From Gonapodya sp. JEL0774 (Eukaryota): a stretch of 20,000 nucleotides of DNA. Below, one piece after another: positions 19,795 to 20,000 of this stretch (position 1 is its first letter; the number at the start of each line of letters is the position of its first letter). Both the position numbers and the translations under genes were made by a program. The notes below the pieces were generated by a model that did no database searches, was not told the origin of the DNA, and was given only the letters and a program-made list of their open reading frames with translations. The stretch is taken from assembly GCA_027604505.1 (NCBI GenBank), contig JADIIX010000123.1, forward strand, positions 47,083 to 67,082, written 5' to 3'.

Positions 19795-20000
19795 TTACTT
19801 GTCCAGACCAAATGGCAAATGCAATTTGGAAGGTATTCTCAGCATAACCTCAAACTGTGGTACTGTGAAATGAACAAAATTTAGTTGAGGCTTTCATTAC
19901 ATTTCTTCCTCGAGATTTTCTCATATGAGAACTGTTTCCCAGCTGAGAGGCCACGTCATGCCTTACCTTCGCACGTGAGGCACCAGTGGCAAAACCCTCG
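19795..20000 (-). CDS. Possible 3' end of a gene entering from the right edge
   Basis: Strong donor GAAG|gtaagg at 19966 and acceptor tttcacag at 19863. One phase gives ...RGFCHWCLTCE-VPQFEVMLRIPSKLHLPFGLDK*. No homology recognised. Confidence 0.25.

Noticed and set aside
19494..19884. ORFs with poly-Gly, poly-Pro and poly-Lys runs
   Set aside because: Translations of homopolymers and Ns at the assembly gap.

Overview
Eukaryotic, intron-rich genomic DNA with mostly 55-110 nt spliceosomal introns. The protein content suggests a fungus, probably an early-diverging lineage (inference). Gene models were spliced by hand. Left to right: (1) a VPS10/sortilin-family receptor on the minus strand, running off the left edge, with THREE tandem Vps10 domains rather than the usual fungal two, a candidate propeptide and a GC-AG intron; (2) an intronless eIF3 subunit H gene (+); (3) a 20-exon P2B (PMC1/PMCA-type) Ca2+-ATPase (-) with a frameshift just before helix M6, several eroded motifs and a PMCA-like calmodulin-binding C-terminal exon; (4) SEC14 (-) with a candidate 3-nt micro-exon; (5) a hotdog-fold thioesterase (-) with a likely mitochondrial presequence; (6) a possible two-exon orphan gene; (7) an assembly gap with homopolymer and duplication artefacts. 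I found no RNA genes, mobile elements or CRISPR arrays, and no convincing novel multi-gene system. The novelty is in gene architecture and splicing.
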